A stretch of 64,000 nucleotides of DNA from Patescibacteria group bacterium (GTDB taxonomy: Bacteria; Patescibacteriota; Saccharimonadia; Saccharimonadales; CAYUUR01). The position numbers were made by a program, and so were the translations under genes. Numbering within the stretch: the first letter of the stretch is position 1; each line of letters starts with the position of its first letter. The notes beneath the pieces were generated by a model. That model saw nothing but the letters and a program-made list of their open reading frames with translations. It ran no database searches and was not told the origin of the DNA. The stretch covers positions 13,249 through 77,248 of the forward strand of contig JBPOIH010000007.1 in NCBI GenBank assembly GCA_052034685.1, given 5' to 3'. Below are positions 46,902 through 57,320 of the stretch, piece after piece.

Positions 46902-48502
46902 CCGATAACGCGATAGATTTCTTCTATGGTTGTTTCGCCCTTGCATACCTGCAGGGCGGCATCTTGAAGCATAGTGCGCATGCCACTTCTGACGGCTGCT
47001 TCTTCTATCTGCTGAGCAGAGAGTGACTTATTGCCCGACTCAAGTAAAGTACGAATCTCGCCAGACATCGTAAATTGTTCGCGTACTGCGATCTGCCCAC
47101 GGTAACCATACGGGTTATCTTCTGATTTGCCGGGCTGATAAAACGTCACTTTGCTCAAGTCTGGTTTTTCAACACCTTCAGGTAGTGTCGCGAGCACATC
47201 AGCTAACTTTTTAAGAGAGGCTTCGTCAGGCTTGTATGGTTGCTTGGTTGTATCATCCAGCTTGCGCACAAGTCGCTGTGCCATAACCAGACGAATAGCA
47301 GAAACAAACAAGGGATTTTCGCCAATTACATCCATCATCCGAGTAAGCGCTGCTGCAGCCGATGACGCGTGAAAGGTAGATAGCACCAAATGGCCAGTCA
47401 GAGAAGCTTGCAAAGCAGTCTTGGCAGTATCAAGGTCACGAATCTCACCTACCATCACAATGTCAGGGTCAAGCCGAAGAATCGCCCGTAGTTTATTCGC
47501 AAAACTTGTTTGTTCGGCTGACTGCGTCATTACTGGAATCTGCGTAATACCTTCAAACTGATACTCCACTGGGTCTTCAATGGTGATAATCTTTCGCTCC
47601 GTCGTATTGAGACTATTAAGCATGGAGTAAAGCGTGGTAGTTTTTCCCGAACCGGTTGGTCCAACAGCCAGTACTAAACCGCTCGGCTTACTAATGATGT
47701 CATCAACCACGGCGCGCTGAGCTGGGTCAAGACCCAACCTGTCAAGCTTATACATCTCTTGATCCATATTGAATAGACGCATAACCACATCCATACCATT
47801 AATGGTAGGAACAGTTTCCAGACGAACGTTTACATCGACTTCTTCACCGGTGGCAAGTTTTGCACGTTGTGAGATATGACCTTGTTGAGCTTCACCTGAT
47901 GCCGTAGAGATGTTACCAGCGCTCGCAATAGCGGATATTAGTACGCGATACGTATCTGGCTCAAGACGAGCAATCAAATGAAGCACGCCATCCATACGGA
48001 ATCGCACGCGCACAAACCCACGCTGTGTTTCAATGTGAATATCTGACGAGCCTAATCGGTGTGCTTGCTCAACCAAATACGCCAACATGTCGGCTGCTCG
48101 CACCTGCTTTAGTGTGGCTGAGACTTTATCCATAAGCTCGTCAGTGCCGGCGTTTTTGATAGAAATATCTTCATATACGACCTGCTTGGGTGGGTCGTAT
48201 AGCTTCATATATTCACGATAACCAGCGTCAGATATGAGAGAGAACGAAACGCGCTGATCTAAAAAGCGTTGTCTGAGCTTGTCGAATGTTTGCTGGGATG
48301 TCGTATTAGTCACGCCAAAGCTAATACTGTGGTCATCAGACTGGATTGGAATTACCCGCATGCTATATAGATCAGCGACCGGAAAGATATCTTTATAAAT
48401 CGTTTTCTGAGCAATCTGGGAGGTGTCAATATACCCCATATTCAAAATACGGGCCCGGCGCTGTGTCGCCAGCTCTTCGTCTTTGCGGGCATCTTGTGAC
48501 AT
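46898..48502 (-). CDS. PilB/GspE-family type IV pilus/T2SS ATPase
   Basis: SDIHIE, GPTGSGKTTT, TIEDPVE, LRLDPDIVMVGEIRD, TGHLVLSTFH. Confidence 0.93.
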   Translation of the reverse strand: MSQDARKDEELATQRRARILNMGYIDTSQIAQKTIYKDIFPVADLYSMRVIPIQSDDHSISFGVTNTTSQQTFDKLRQRFLDQRVSFSLISDAGYREYMKLYDPPKQVVYEDISIKNAGTDELMDKVSATLKQVRAADMLAYLVEQAHRLGSSDIHIETQRGFVRVRFRMDGVLHLIARLEPDTYRVLISAIASAGNISTASGEAQQGHISQRAKLATGEEVDVNVRLETVPTINGMDVVMRLFNMDQEMYKLDRLGLDPAQRAVVDDIISKPSGLVLAVGPTGSGKTTTLYSMLNSLNTTERKIITIEDPVEYQFEGITQIPVMTQSAEQTSFANKLRAILRLDPDIVMVGEIRDLDTAKTALQASLTGHLVLSTFHASSAAAALTRMMDVIGENPLFVSAIRLVMAQRLVRKLDDTTKQPYKPDEASLKKLADVLATLPEGVEKPDLSKVTFYQPGKSEDNPYGYRGQIAVREQFTMSGEIRTLLESGNKSLSAQQIEEAAVRSGMRTMLQDAALQVCKGETTIEEIYRVIG

Positions 48503-48558
48503 GTACCTATTTAACCATAAGCAGTGGCGTTCCGTGAATAGTTACTTATAATACCTTC

Positions 48559-49062
48559 ATGCCGAAACGGGAAATAATCATCATCGCTCATAACCTACGA
48601 AGTATCCATAACGTCGGATCAATACTTCGCACCGCTGACGGCCTGGGCGTTAAGGAAATCTACTTGACAGGTTACTCTCCCTATCCAAAAACTAACCCTG
48701 ATACCCGGCTGCCACATCTTGCCAATAGTATTACGAAGCAACTGCACAAAACAGCCCTCGGCGCAGAGAACGCGAAGAATATTACTCACCGTGAAGATAT
48801 TATGCAAGTGGTGTCTGATTTGAAAACCGAAGGATATCAGATAGCTGCTGTCGAACAAGCAAACGGAAGTGTTGCGCTACCAGAATACACTCCTCATAAT
48901 CGCGTCGCTCTTATTGTTGGCCGTGAAGTTGAAGGGATTGAACGTTCCGTTATTGACGCATGCGACCTGACACTTGAGATACCGATGTCTGGCCAAAAAG
49001 AATCATTCAACGTTTCAGTAGCATCAGCAATTGCACTTTATCATTGCAGATTCGCACCATAA
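48559..49062 (+). CDS. TrmH/SpoU-family RNA methyltransferase
   Basis: HNVGSILRTAD, GREVEG, EIPM.G.KESFNVSVA. Confidence 0.92.
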   Translation: MPKREIIIIAHNLRSIHNVGSILRTADGLGVKEIYLTGYSPYPKTNPDTRLPHLANSITKQLHKTALGAENAKNITHREDIMQVVSDLKTEGYQIAAVEQANGSVALPEYTPHNRVALIVGREVEGIERSVIDACDLTLEIPMSGQKESFNVSVASAIALYHCRFAP

Positions 49063-49100
49063 GCGTCATACTATTATCTAACAAAGTACAAGAAACAAAT

Positions 49101-50006
49101 ATGCCACTAAAATCACACCGACACCAACAACACAAAAAGCATCCAAAACATTACGCCAAGGTATATTGGCCATATATGCCGTTACTCGTTGTGGTCGGTT
49201 TAAGTTTGTTTGTCGGTCAGTCATTTGTTAACAAATCACAACGAGGCGTCTTGTCATACGCAACAGACGTATCTGACGCAACCTTACTCAATGACACAAA
49301 TCAGCAACGCAACGCCCATAACCAATCTCCACTTAAGCTAAACGACAAACTTGACCAAGCAGCCCAAGCCAAGGCAGCAGATATGGTGGCGCGCAATTAT
49401 TGGTCGCACACGACTCCTGAGAATAAAACACCGTGGAACTTTATCGACAAGGTCAACTACAACTACCAGAAAGCTGGCGAGAACTTAGCATACGGTTTCG
49501 TAACCAGCAGTGCGACCATTAACGGCTGGATGCACAGCCAGGCGCATCGTGAGAACCTTCTAGACACTGCCTATACTGAAGTTGGTTTCGGGATCGCTCA
49601 ATCAGAAAACTACATCGGAAGAGGCCCAGAAACCGTCATAGTGGCTATGTATGCGCGGCCAGCAAATGCTGCACCTCTGACAATGCCGAGTAGTATTAGC
49701 TTTGACACAGCACCACGTGACCTTCCAGTAAATACAAACCGTGCTATCACTACAGAGCCAGCTGTAAAAAGTGTCAGCAAGGTTCAGTCTCTAACTGGCT
49801 CAAGCGTGCCCGGCATCAGCTTCATTATTGGTCTGCTCGTCGGGCTTGCGCTCGCTTACTTGGTAATCAAACATTCAATAGGCGTCAAACGCCTTTTGCG
49901 CGACGGCGAACGTTTCGTCCTGAAACATCCCGTACTTGACATCACTTTAGTCAGTTTCATAGCGCTCTGCGCCCTCCTAAGCCAGAGCGTTGGCTTCATC
50001 CGCTAA
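49101..50006 (+). CDS. CAP/SCP-domain membrane protein
   Basis: TN..R, AQAKAADM, YWSH, AGENLA, WMHSQAHRENL; TM segments at both ends. Confidence 0.88.
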   Translation: MPLKSHRHQQHKKHPKHYAKVYWPYMPLLVVVGLSLFVGQSFVNKSQRGVLSYATDVSDATLLNDTNQQRNAHNQSPLKLNDKLDQAAQAKAADMVARNYWSHTTPENKTPWNFIDKVNYNYQKAGENLAYGFVTSSATINGWMHSQAHRENLLDTAYTEVGFGIAQSENYIGRGPETVIVAMYARPANAAPLTMPSSISFDTAPRDLPVNTNRAITTEPAVKSVSKVQSLTGSSVPGISFIIGLLVGLALAYLVIKHSIGVKRLLRDGERFVLKHPVLDITLVSFIALCALLSQSVGFIR

Positions 50007-50018
50007 TCGGATGCATGT

Positions 50019-53000
50019 TTACTTAAGAATTACGTTCTGACTACCAACAAGTTTGTGAAATTCTTGCAGCGTCTTGTCGTCACTCTGAACCTTGGTTGGC
50101 AGTTTTATGATCTGTTTATTGGAATCATTGCCGATAACCAACACAACCTCTCGCTCACCCGGAGTAGCATCAATTAACCTTTTAAGGTCCTGCAAGGCCT
50201 GTTGGTTGCTACTGTCGTTTAATCGAATATACAGTTTGCTTGATGCACCCGGTGCTGCTTTCGCTTTTGTTTTATTCTTTGTGGCAACTCGCGCTTTTGG
50301 AATCTTTTTGGCTTTTCCAGTAGCTTGATACGCGCTGGCCTGTTCGGCAGTAATCTCGCGAGCATCATCTACCATGACTTTGACTTCATCACTTGGATTG
50401 CCATCACGGTCTTTAGCGTTAATCTTACCTCGAATCAATAACACTCTGTCTTTTTCCCATAGCCCAATCGTTTGCTGGAATGCGTTAGGAAACAGAATCA
50501 ATTCAATCTCGGTCTTAAGGTCGGCAATCTTGACAAAGGCCATTTTCTGACCCTTTTTGGTGGTTATTTCCCTAAAATCGCTCACGATACCGCCAATAGT
50601 TACTGCCTTGCCGTCATGTTCAGGCAATAAGCTCTCTAGAGGTATTGTCTGTTCTGCCAGAAACAGCTCATAGGCACTCAATGGGTGCTGTGATAGGTAT
50701 AGCCCAAGTAACTCACGCTCCCATTGTAATTGTTCACGTAGCGGATATAGATGAGGTGCTGCTTCTAAATTTAGCTGCGGCATTGCCCGCGCATCGTCCT
50801 CTAACGCACCAAACAAATCTGTCTGTCCATTATTCTGTTCTTTTTGCAGACGTGCAGCAAAAGCCACAATGGTATCAAGGTTGCTTAGGAGCGTGCTGCG
50901 GTCTCCAAAACGGTCAAATGCCCCGGATTTAATCAAACTCTCCAGCGCTTTGCGGTTAACAACGCGGGAGTTAACCTTAGCCAAGAAGTCTTCTAGCGAA
51001 GCAAACGAGCCTTCCAACTGCCGAGCGCGCAGAATCTCTTCCACTGCTCCGGTACCTACATTCTTTATTGCTGCCATGCCAAAACGAATTGACTCCGTTT
51101 CTGGCACAACCGCAAACTCTACGAATGACTCATTAACATCGGGCGGCATAACTTTAATACCCATGTGTGAGCACTCGGTAATCTCAATCGCTAATCGGTC
51201 AGTGTCATCATAATCACTCGTCATAAGTGCAGCCATGAATGCAGCTGGGTAGTGCGCTTTTAGGTAAGCTGTCTGGTAGGCAATCAAGCCATAACACGCA
51301 GAATGCGACTTATTAAAACAGTAGTCAGCAAATCCAAGCAGCTGCTTCCAAAATTTCTCTATCAGAGAGCGAGGAATACCATTTTCGACTGCACCTTCAA
51401 TAAAGCGCTTCTCCATTTTCTGCATAAGTTCCCGGTTTTTCTTGCCAATAGCCTTACGCAAAGTATCGGCCTCACCACCAGTGAAACCACAGACATCTCG
51501 TGATATCTGCATAAACTGCTCCTGGTAGACTAGGACGCCGTAGGTATTTTCTAAGGCAGCCTTCATGAGCGGATGTTCGTATGTAACAGCTTCCTCACCG
51601 TTTTTTCGTTTTATAAAGCTATCAGTTAGCCCGGCACTCAACGGACCCGGCCGATACAATGCTCCCATTGCGATAATGTCATCAAACACTGTCGGTTTGA
51701 GCTCGCGCAAGTAACGCTTCATGCCCGCCGATTCAAATTGGAACACTCCGGTCGTATCTCCGCGCTGTACAAGCTTAAAGGTTAGATCATCATCAAGTGG
51801 CAGTGTGTTTATGTCGATATCTTTGTCATACACCTTGCGGATAATACGCAGGGTGTTTTTTATGATCGTCAAGTTGGAGAGTCCAAGGAAATCCATTTTG
51901 AGCAAGCCAAGCTCTTCGACAGGCCCCATAGAGTATTGCGTTGCAACCACACCTTTTTGCGCCATTTCAAGGGGTGTGAACTTCACAATCTCGTCTGGTG
52001 CAATAACGACACCAGCTGCATGTACACCGTGCGAACGTATCGTACCCTCAAGCTGAACTGCCAGATCAAAGACCCGCTGTGACTGCTCGCTTGTCTCGTA
52101 TTCGCGTTTCAAGTCGTCATTATCAACCAGCGACTTTTCAAGCGGTATATGGCGCCCTTGCACCGGTGGTGGAATCATTTTTGCTAAACGGTCAGCCTCA
52201 GCATAGGGAACTTGTAGTACGCGTGATACATCTCGAACGGCATTACGCGCCGCCATACGTCCAAAGGTTACGATGTTGGCAACACGGTCGGTGCCGTACT
52301 TATCGACACAGTACTGAATAACCTCGTCTCTCCGGGTGTCCTGAATATCGATGTCGATATCTGGCATAGATATTCTGTCCGGATTTAGAAATCGTTCAAA
52401 GAGAAGATCGTACTGTAGCGGGTCCAGTTCAGTTATCTTGAGGGCATAGGCAATGATTGAGCCGGCTGCCGAGCCTCGCCCTGGACCAAAGACGATTCCT
52501 TCTGACTTTCCCCAGTTTATGAAATCAGAAATGATCAAGAAGTACCCGTTAAAACCCATATTATCTACAACCGAAAGTTCATATTCTACGCGCGTATTTA
52601 CCTCGTCGGAAACAAGCTTTTGAATGTCTTTAATTGACAGTTTCTGGGCTTCGGGTTCTGATTTACCACCATAGCGCATAGCCAAGCCTTGGTAGATTAA
52701 CTCATGTAAGTATGTTTTTTCAGTTTTGCCTTTGGGGACTGGGAACTTAGGGATCAAGATTTTGCCTAGTTCGATACTCACTTCGCAACGATCGGCAATG
52801 AGCTTAGTGTTCAAAATCGCGTCCGGGTTGGTCTTGCCCCAACGGGCAATTATCTCTTCGGGTCGTGTAACATGTAGTTCAAATGCACTCAAGCTCATCC
52901 TGTCAGAATCGCTCAGGTAAGAACCCGTCTGCACACACAAGAGAATTTCATGTGCCTCCTGATCTTCGTGTCGTAAATAATGCGCATCACTTGTGATGAC

Positions 53001-53690
53001 ACAGGGTATGGATAGATCTTGCGCAAGCTTCTGCGTGCGTTCAGTCACAAGGACCTGTTCATCCCACTTGCTTGGATGGTCTGGATGACCATGATCTTGA
53101 ATCTCTAAGTAATAACGGTCGCCAAACACCTTCTTGTACCAAGAAGCGATTTCATGAGCTTGCTCATACTGATTCTGACGAAGCGCATCACCCACTTCCC
53201 CACCAATACAACCACTGAGAACAATCAGACCTTCAGAATACTTTTCAAGAATTTCATGATCAATGCGTGGCTTATAGTAATAGCCGTGTAAGTTTGCCTC
53301 GCTACTGAGCCTCATGAGATTCTGATAGCCAGTATTATTCATAGCCAGCAAAATAAGGTGGTAATAGACCTTATCCTTGCCAGGCTCTTTGTCGGTCATA
53401 CCACGACTGGCAACATATGCCTCCATGCCAAGCACTGGTTTTATACCTGTTGCAGCAGCTTGTTTATAAAACTCTATCAACCCCGAGAGCGTGCCATGGT
53501 CAGTGATGGCAACAGCTTCCATGCCACATTCTTTTACGTAGTCCATGAGGGCCGGTATCTTGGTTAATCCATCAAGGAGACTGTACTGAGTATGGTTATG
53601 GAGGTGCACAAAATCAGACGGCCTAAGCTGTGTCTCAGCAGACGCCGCTCGGGCCGTGCTTTTCTTCTTACTCATACCCTCATCTTTCAC
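50019..53690 (-). CDS. dnaE: DNA polymerase III alpha subunit (start may be 53675)
   Basis: HLHNHTQYSLLDG, GRGSAAGS, PDIDID, FNKSHS. Confidence 0.98.
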   Translation of the reverse strand: MKDEGMSKKKSTARAASAETQLRPSDFVHLHNHTQYSLLDGLTKIPALMDYVKECGMEAVAITDHGTLSGLIEFYKQAAATGIKPVLGMEAYVASRGMTDKEPGKDKVYYHLILLAMNNTGYQNLMRLSSEANLHGYYYKPRIDHEILEKYSEGLIVLSGCIGGEVGDALRQNQYEQAHEIASWYKKVFGDRYYLEIQDHGHPDHPSKWDEQVLVTERTQKLAQDLSIPCVITSDAHYLRHEDQEAHEILLCVQTGSYLSDSDRMSLSAFELHVTRPEEIIARWGKTNPDAILNTKLIADRCEVSIELGKILIPKFPVPKGKTEKTYLHELIYQGLAMRYGGKSEPEAQKLSIKDIQKLVSDEVNTRVEYELSVVDNMGFNGYFLIISDFINWGKSEGIVFGPGRGSAAGSIIAYALKITELDPLQYDLLFERFLNPDRISMPDIDIDIQDTRRDEVIQYCVDKYGTDRVANIVTFGRMAARNAVRDVSRVLQVPYAEADRLAKMIPPPVQGRHIPLEKSLVDNDDLKREYETSEQSQRVFDLAVQLEGTIRSHGVHAAGVVIAPDEIVKFTPLEMAQKGVVATQYSMGPVEELGLLKMDFLGLSNLTIIKNTLRIIRKVYDKDIDINTLPLDDDLTFKLVQRGDTTGVFQFESAGMKRYLRELKPTVFDDIIAMGALYRPGPLSAGLTDSFIKRKNGEEAVTYEHPLMKAALENTYGVLVYQEQFMQISRDVCGFTGGEADTLRKAIGKKNRELMQKMEKRFIEGAVENGIPRSLIEKFWKQLLGFADYCFNKSHSACYGLIAYQTAYLKAHYPAAFMAALMTSDYDDTDRLAIEITECSHMGIKVMPPDVNESFVEFAVVPETESIRFGMAAIKNVGTGAVEEILRARQLEGSFASLEDFLAKVNSRVVNRKALESLIKSGAFDRFGDRSTLLSNLDTIVAFAARLQKEQNNGQTDLFGALEDDARAMPQLNLEAAPHLYPLREQLQWERELLGLYLSQHPLSAYELFLAEQTIPLESLLPEHDGKAVTIGGIVSDFREITTKKGQKMAFVKIADLKTEIELILFPNAFQQTIGLWEKDRVLLIRGKINAKDRDGNPSDEVKVMVDDAREITAEQASAYQATGKAKKIPKARVATKNKTKAKAAPGASSKLYIRLNDSSNQQALQDLKRLIDATPGEREVVLVIGNDSNKQIIKLPTKVQSDDKTLQEFHKLVGSQNVILK

Positions 53691-53748
53691 CTACTTAGTA
53701 TAGAAAAATACGTTCAGAATATCGAGTAGCTAAGCGAGGTTTACAACA

Positions 53749-54006
53749 TTATCTAGAGGATTCGATTGAATCAGAAATATTTTTTGATATTTCACCTACC
53801 CATGGCACAGAATCAAAAAAGGACAAACCCCATAAAAGCAAAGCAATCAACAGAGTAGCCCCGAGCACCGTGCCAAAACCAACAAATACACCTTTAAGAA
53901 AGCTCATCTTATAGAACCGGCGACTGTTGATATATCCCGTTTCGTACAAAGTTACGAGGGTTTGACCAAGCTGTTCAAGCTCTTGTTTGCTATGTTTCTC
54001 GGCCAT
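53749..54006 (-). CDS. Small membrane protein (DUF5665-like)
   Basis: FLKGVFVGFGTVLGAT...VPWVG pattern. Confidence 0.7.
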   Translation of the reverse strand: MAEKHSKQELEQLGQTLVTLYETGYINSRRFYKMSFLKGVFVGFGTVLGATLLIALLLWGLSFFDSVPWVGEISKNISDSIESSR

Positions 54007-54012
54007 CTTGCT

Positions 54013-54420
54013 TTAAGATGATTTACTCAAGAACTTCTTGAGGTGGTCGATTGCATTGTCAGCATCTTTGATAGCGCTCTGTAGATCTTTGTCGTCCGAT
54101 CCGCCTTCATGCACAGCAGACAAAACTTCACGTGCCTTGTCTTTGGCTGCTACCGCTAGTTCGATTGCCTTTTGTAGGTCTTTTTGACCGGCAACCTTTA
54201 TGTCGCCAACGGACTTCCTTGCCTTGGCGATTAACTTATCAAGATCGCTGTGGAGTGCTTTCAAACGCTTTTCTGATTCTCGTTTGGCCTGAATTGCCTT
54301 ATCCTGAATATCTTTGCGTGTTTCTTTGCCGCTTTTTGGAGCCGTTAAGATACCGGTGAGATAACCGATTCCAGCCGCTAGAACGGTACCAACTGCAATT
54401 CGTTTGGTTTCTTTTTTCAT
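54013..54420 (-). CDS. YtxH-domain protein
   Basis: GILTAPKSGKETR signature. Confidence 0.88.
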   Translation of the reverse strand: MKKETKRIAVGTVLAAGIGYLTGILTAPKSGKETRKDIQDKAIQAKRESEKRLKALHSDLDKLIAKARKSVGDIKVAGQKDLQKAIELAVAAKDKAREVLSAVHEGGSDDKDLQSAIKDADNAIDHLKKFLSKSS

Positions 54421-54445
54421 GATGTCCTCCTCTTAAGTAACGACG

Positions 54446-54700
54446 TTATTTTTTCTTCTTGAAGGCTTCTGTAATATTGCCAATCAAACGGCCAATCGCT
54501 ACGGGTCCAGCGGTTTTCTCAAAAAAGTCTGTGATATGATCTGCTTTATCTGCAATACTTTCAGCTTTATCAACGATGACCCGAACATGCTTGAGTACTT
54601 TTATGACCATTGCCATTACTACGATACTGAGCACCAAGAAAATCGCCAGCATGACCGAGAGCATTATTACTAAGATGTCGTAACTTGTTGTAGTGTCCAT
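54446..54700 (-). CDS. Small single-pass membrane protein
   Basis: Long hydrophobic helix then amphipathic helix; lies upstream of the YtxH gene. Confidence 0.75.
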   Translation of the reverse strand: MDTTTSYDILVIMLSVMLAIFLVLSIVVMAMVIKVLKHVRVIVDKAESIADKADHITDFFEKTAGPVAIGRLIGNITEAFKKKK

Positions 54701-54726
54701 ATGTCCTCTTATTATACACTATCCTG

Positions 54727-55623
54727 CTACAAGGATAGTTTCGTTTTCAGATATGACAGAAAGTCCTTGTTAACGTGGGGATCTTTAAGTGCGAAGTCGA
54801 CTACGGTTTTGAGGTACTCAAGCTTATTGCCGGTGTCATAATAACGTGCTTTCTGAAGCAGGCAACCAAACAGCCGTTTATTGTCTCTGATCATCGGCTC
54901 CAATACGTATGTTGTCAAGAAAAACTCGTCATCAGGTTTTATATGAGCTTTGCCTTGCTCAATATACGCAAATACTTCTGGAGTTAACAAGTAGCCACCG
55001 ACACTGGCAAAATGAGAGGGAGCATTCGCTCTGCCAGGTTTTTCCACTAACTCGCTCATTTGAAGCACGCCTGGCGACACTTCGCTTCCATTAATGATTC
55101 CATAGCGCTCAAAGTCACTATCTTTCAATGCAGGTATGCACGGCAAGATGCAAGACTGATACGTATCGTACCAAGCAATCATTTGCTTAAACCTGTTGGG
55201 TTCTGCAGTAATAATGTCGTCAGCAAAGGTATAAATAAAGGGTTCGTCACCAATAAGATGCGCTACATTCATAAGCGGTGTCGCGCTGCCATATGGCCCC
55301 TTCTGGCGCACATAAGCGAAGTTTGCAAGATCAGAGATCTTTTTAGTGTCTTCGAGTAGCTCTAGTTTCCCTGATTGTTTAAGATTCTTACGTAAATCTG
55401 CACTCATTTGATCAAAATGATCCTCGATTGAGCGCTTGTGATAACCAGTTACTATCACGATGTCTTCTATACCGGCTTCAACTAATTCTTCAACGATGTA
55501 CTGAATTATCGGCTTGTCGACGAGTGGGAGCATTTCTTTGGGCATAGCCTTAGTCTGCGGCAAAAAACGCGTTCCAAAGCCAGCTGCGGCAATCACAGCC
55601 TTTCGTACAGTTGGTTTACTCAT
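54727..55623 (-). CDS. galU: UTP--glucose-1-phosphate uridylyltransferase
   Basis: AAGFGTRFLPQTKAMPKEMLP, VEKP, YDTG. Confidence 0.93.
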   Translation of the reverse strand: MSKPTVRKAVIAAAGFGTRFLPQTKAMPKEMLPLVDKPIIQYIVEELVEAGIEDIVIVTGYHKRSIEDHFDQMSADLRKNLKQSGKLELLEDTKKISDLANFAYVRQKGPYGSATPLMNVAHLIGDEPFIYTFADDIITAEPNRFKQMIAWYDTYQSCILPCIPALKDSDFERYGIINGSEVSPGVLQMSELVEKPGRANAPSHFASVGGYLLTPEVFAYIEQGKAHIKPDDEFFLTTYVLEPMIRDNKRLFGCLLQKARYYDTGNKLEYLKTVVDFALKDPHVNKDFLSYLKTKLSL

Positions 55624-55641
55624 ACGCTTATTGTAGCATTG

Positions 55642-56544
55642 CTACTCACGTACCAGGACGACATTAGGACTTCTATTGAACTGGACTTGCACACCGTCGC
55701 CCACACTCAGCCGACCCGCGACCGATGCATAGGTATGTAAGAGATTCTGTCCGAAGTATCGTCCGCCCTTGGCATCAGGTTTTGTGATGTCGCGTCCCTC
55801 TCGTGATGCGAGGAAACTGTGCAGTATTGACACCTCACCACGTGTACCGGCAAACTCACCGTTTTGACGGATTCCGGTCATCGTGCACCGCTTGCAAGCC
55901 CTCACGGCAAAGGCCTTAAAGTCACCGATTCTTATAGATGTAATATAATCTTCTCGGCCAGGTTCAATATCGCCATCAATCACAATGTTTGGTCGGAATC
56001 GGTTCATCGGCACCAGTTGTTCCGAAAGCCCCTGCGCAGCGCGTAATTCTCGTAATGTAGGCTGGGATGTAAGTAAGAGCGGGAAGCCATCGCCAAAGGC
56101 GACCTGATTAACAGCACCACTGCGTCGATATCCAGGTTCAACATACCTAGGTTCAGCGCGTGAGGCGCGCACCAACCATGCAGTCTTATTAAGTAGGTCA
56201 CAGAAGAACTCTTCGGAATCTTGAGATTGGCGTAAGCCACGGGCATCACTGTCATGCACGGTTGTAGCCATCGGTCGTTTTTCTCGCTCGTCATAGTTCA
56301 GCGGAATGGCAACTTCACCGTGCTTATCAGCACTCAGCCGTAACGTATTACCATTGATCTCTGTCTGCACGGAGCCCAATATTCCCATTGTGCGTTGGGA
56401 CATAAATGTACCATCTGGCTTAACCACCATAAACTCGCGGTCGTATGCAAAACCCGTTTCCACCACTTCAGCAGTCGGCAGTGCTATGCCTTGGCAGGAT
56501 TTAACAGGGTAAATATTTAGTTCAGAAACAACAATATCGTTCAT
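55642..56544 (-). CDS. MOSC-domain protein (YcbX/mARC-like)
   Basis: IYPVKSC, DREFM, FGDGFP, RFRPNIV, CKRC, FGQN. Confidence 0.9.
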   Translation of the reverse strand: MNDIVVSELNIYPVKSCQGIALPTAEVVETGFAYDREFMVVKPDGTFMSQRTMGILGSVQTEINGNTLRLSADKHGEVAIPLNYDEREKRPMATTVHDSDARGLRQSQDSEEFFCDLLNKTAWLVRASRAEPRYVEPGYRRSGAVNQVAFGDGFPLLLTSQPTLRELRAAQGLSEQLVPMNRFRPNIVIDGDIEPGREDYITSIRIGDFKAFAVRACKRCTMTGIRQNGEFAGTRGEVSILHSFLASREGRDITKPDAKGGRYFGQNLLHTYASVAGRLSVGDGVQVQFNRSPNVVLVRE

Positions 56545-56621
56545 TGGGCGCTATTATACGCCTGCAGATATCTTTGACAACTATGGAATCATTTGCCTGA
56601 GGCGTACAATACAGTATTACA

Positions 56622-57320
56622 ATGGAGATCCCGACATTTGACAGCACTGCATACCAGCACCTTTACGACGCGGTAGCCGAGCGTGCAGAACGTGGGTATG
56701 TGGACCTTCCCTATCACAATTGGCAACATGCACAACAGACACAGCAAGTCGCCAGAAAACTATTTGAACGCTGTCTAACGCATGATGTTCAACTTAATCC
56801 ATTCGTCCTTGATGCGGCAAGCTTGCTGCACGACTATGATTATCATGTGCCGCTGCCAGCTGGAAGTCAGTATCGAAGTAAAGAAATTCGTTCTTCACGT
56901 GCCGCTGGCAAGATCTTGCGTAGCATTGACATCGAACCGAAGATTATTCGCCAAGTGCAGTCAGCCATACGCAGTACTGAGCTTGGCGTTTCTTGCCGAA
57001 GCCTAGAAGATCGAGCGCTGCGCCAAGCTGACCTAAATAACGTTACAGGAAGCTATGGCTCGTTTTTACTTAACACGTTCCGTTTGTATCGCGAAGCACA
57101 ACAGCTCAATGAGAAACCCCCAGTACTCCCCGTTTTTATACTTGGATCAGTCGCTGTACTGACGCAATATGCGCACGAAGACGTAAGTCTTGGACCGTTT
57201 GATCAGAACCCAAATTTTATGGAAGCAATGTTTATAAACATCGATCGCCTACGTCAGGAAACGCCAGTGAGCTTTATGCAAGGTGTTTACGGGTTTATTT
57301 ATCAGAAAGTTGCTTCTTGA
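56622..57320 (+). CDS. HD-domain protein
   Basis: PYHNWQH, LLHD, ADL. Confidence 0.8.
   Translation: MEIPTFDSTAYQHLYDAVAERAERGYVDLPYHNWQHAQQTQQVARKLFERCLTHDVQLNPFVLDAASLLHDYDYHVPLPAGSQYRSKEIRSSRAAGKILRSIDIEPKIIRQVQSAIRSTELGVSCRSLEDRALRQADLNNVTGSYGSFLLNTFRLYREAQQLNEKPPVLPVFILGSVAVLTQYAHEDVSLGPFDQNPNFMEAMFINIDRLRQETPVSFMQGVYGFIYQKVAS

Noticed and set aside
50019-53690. Intein or intron in dnaE, rpoB or rpoC
   Set aside because: Lengths are normal, motifs are continuous, and no intein junction signature was seen.
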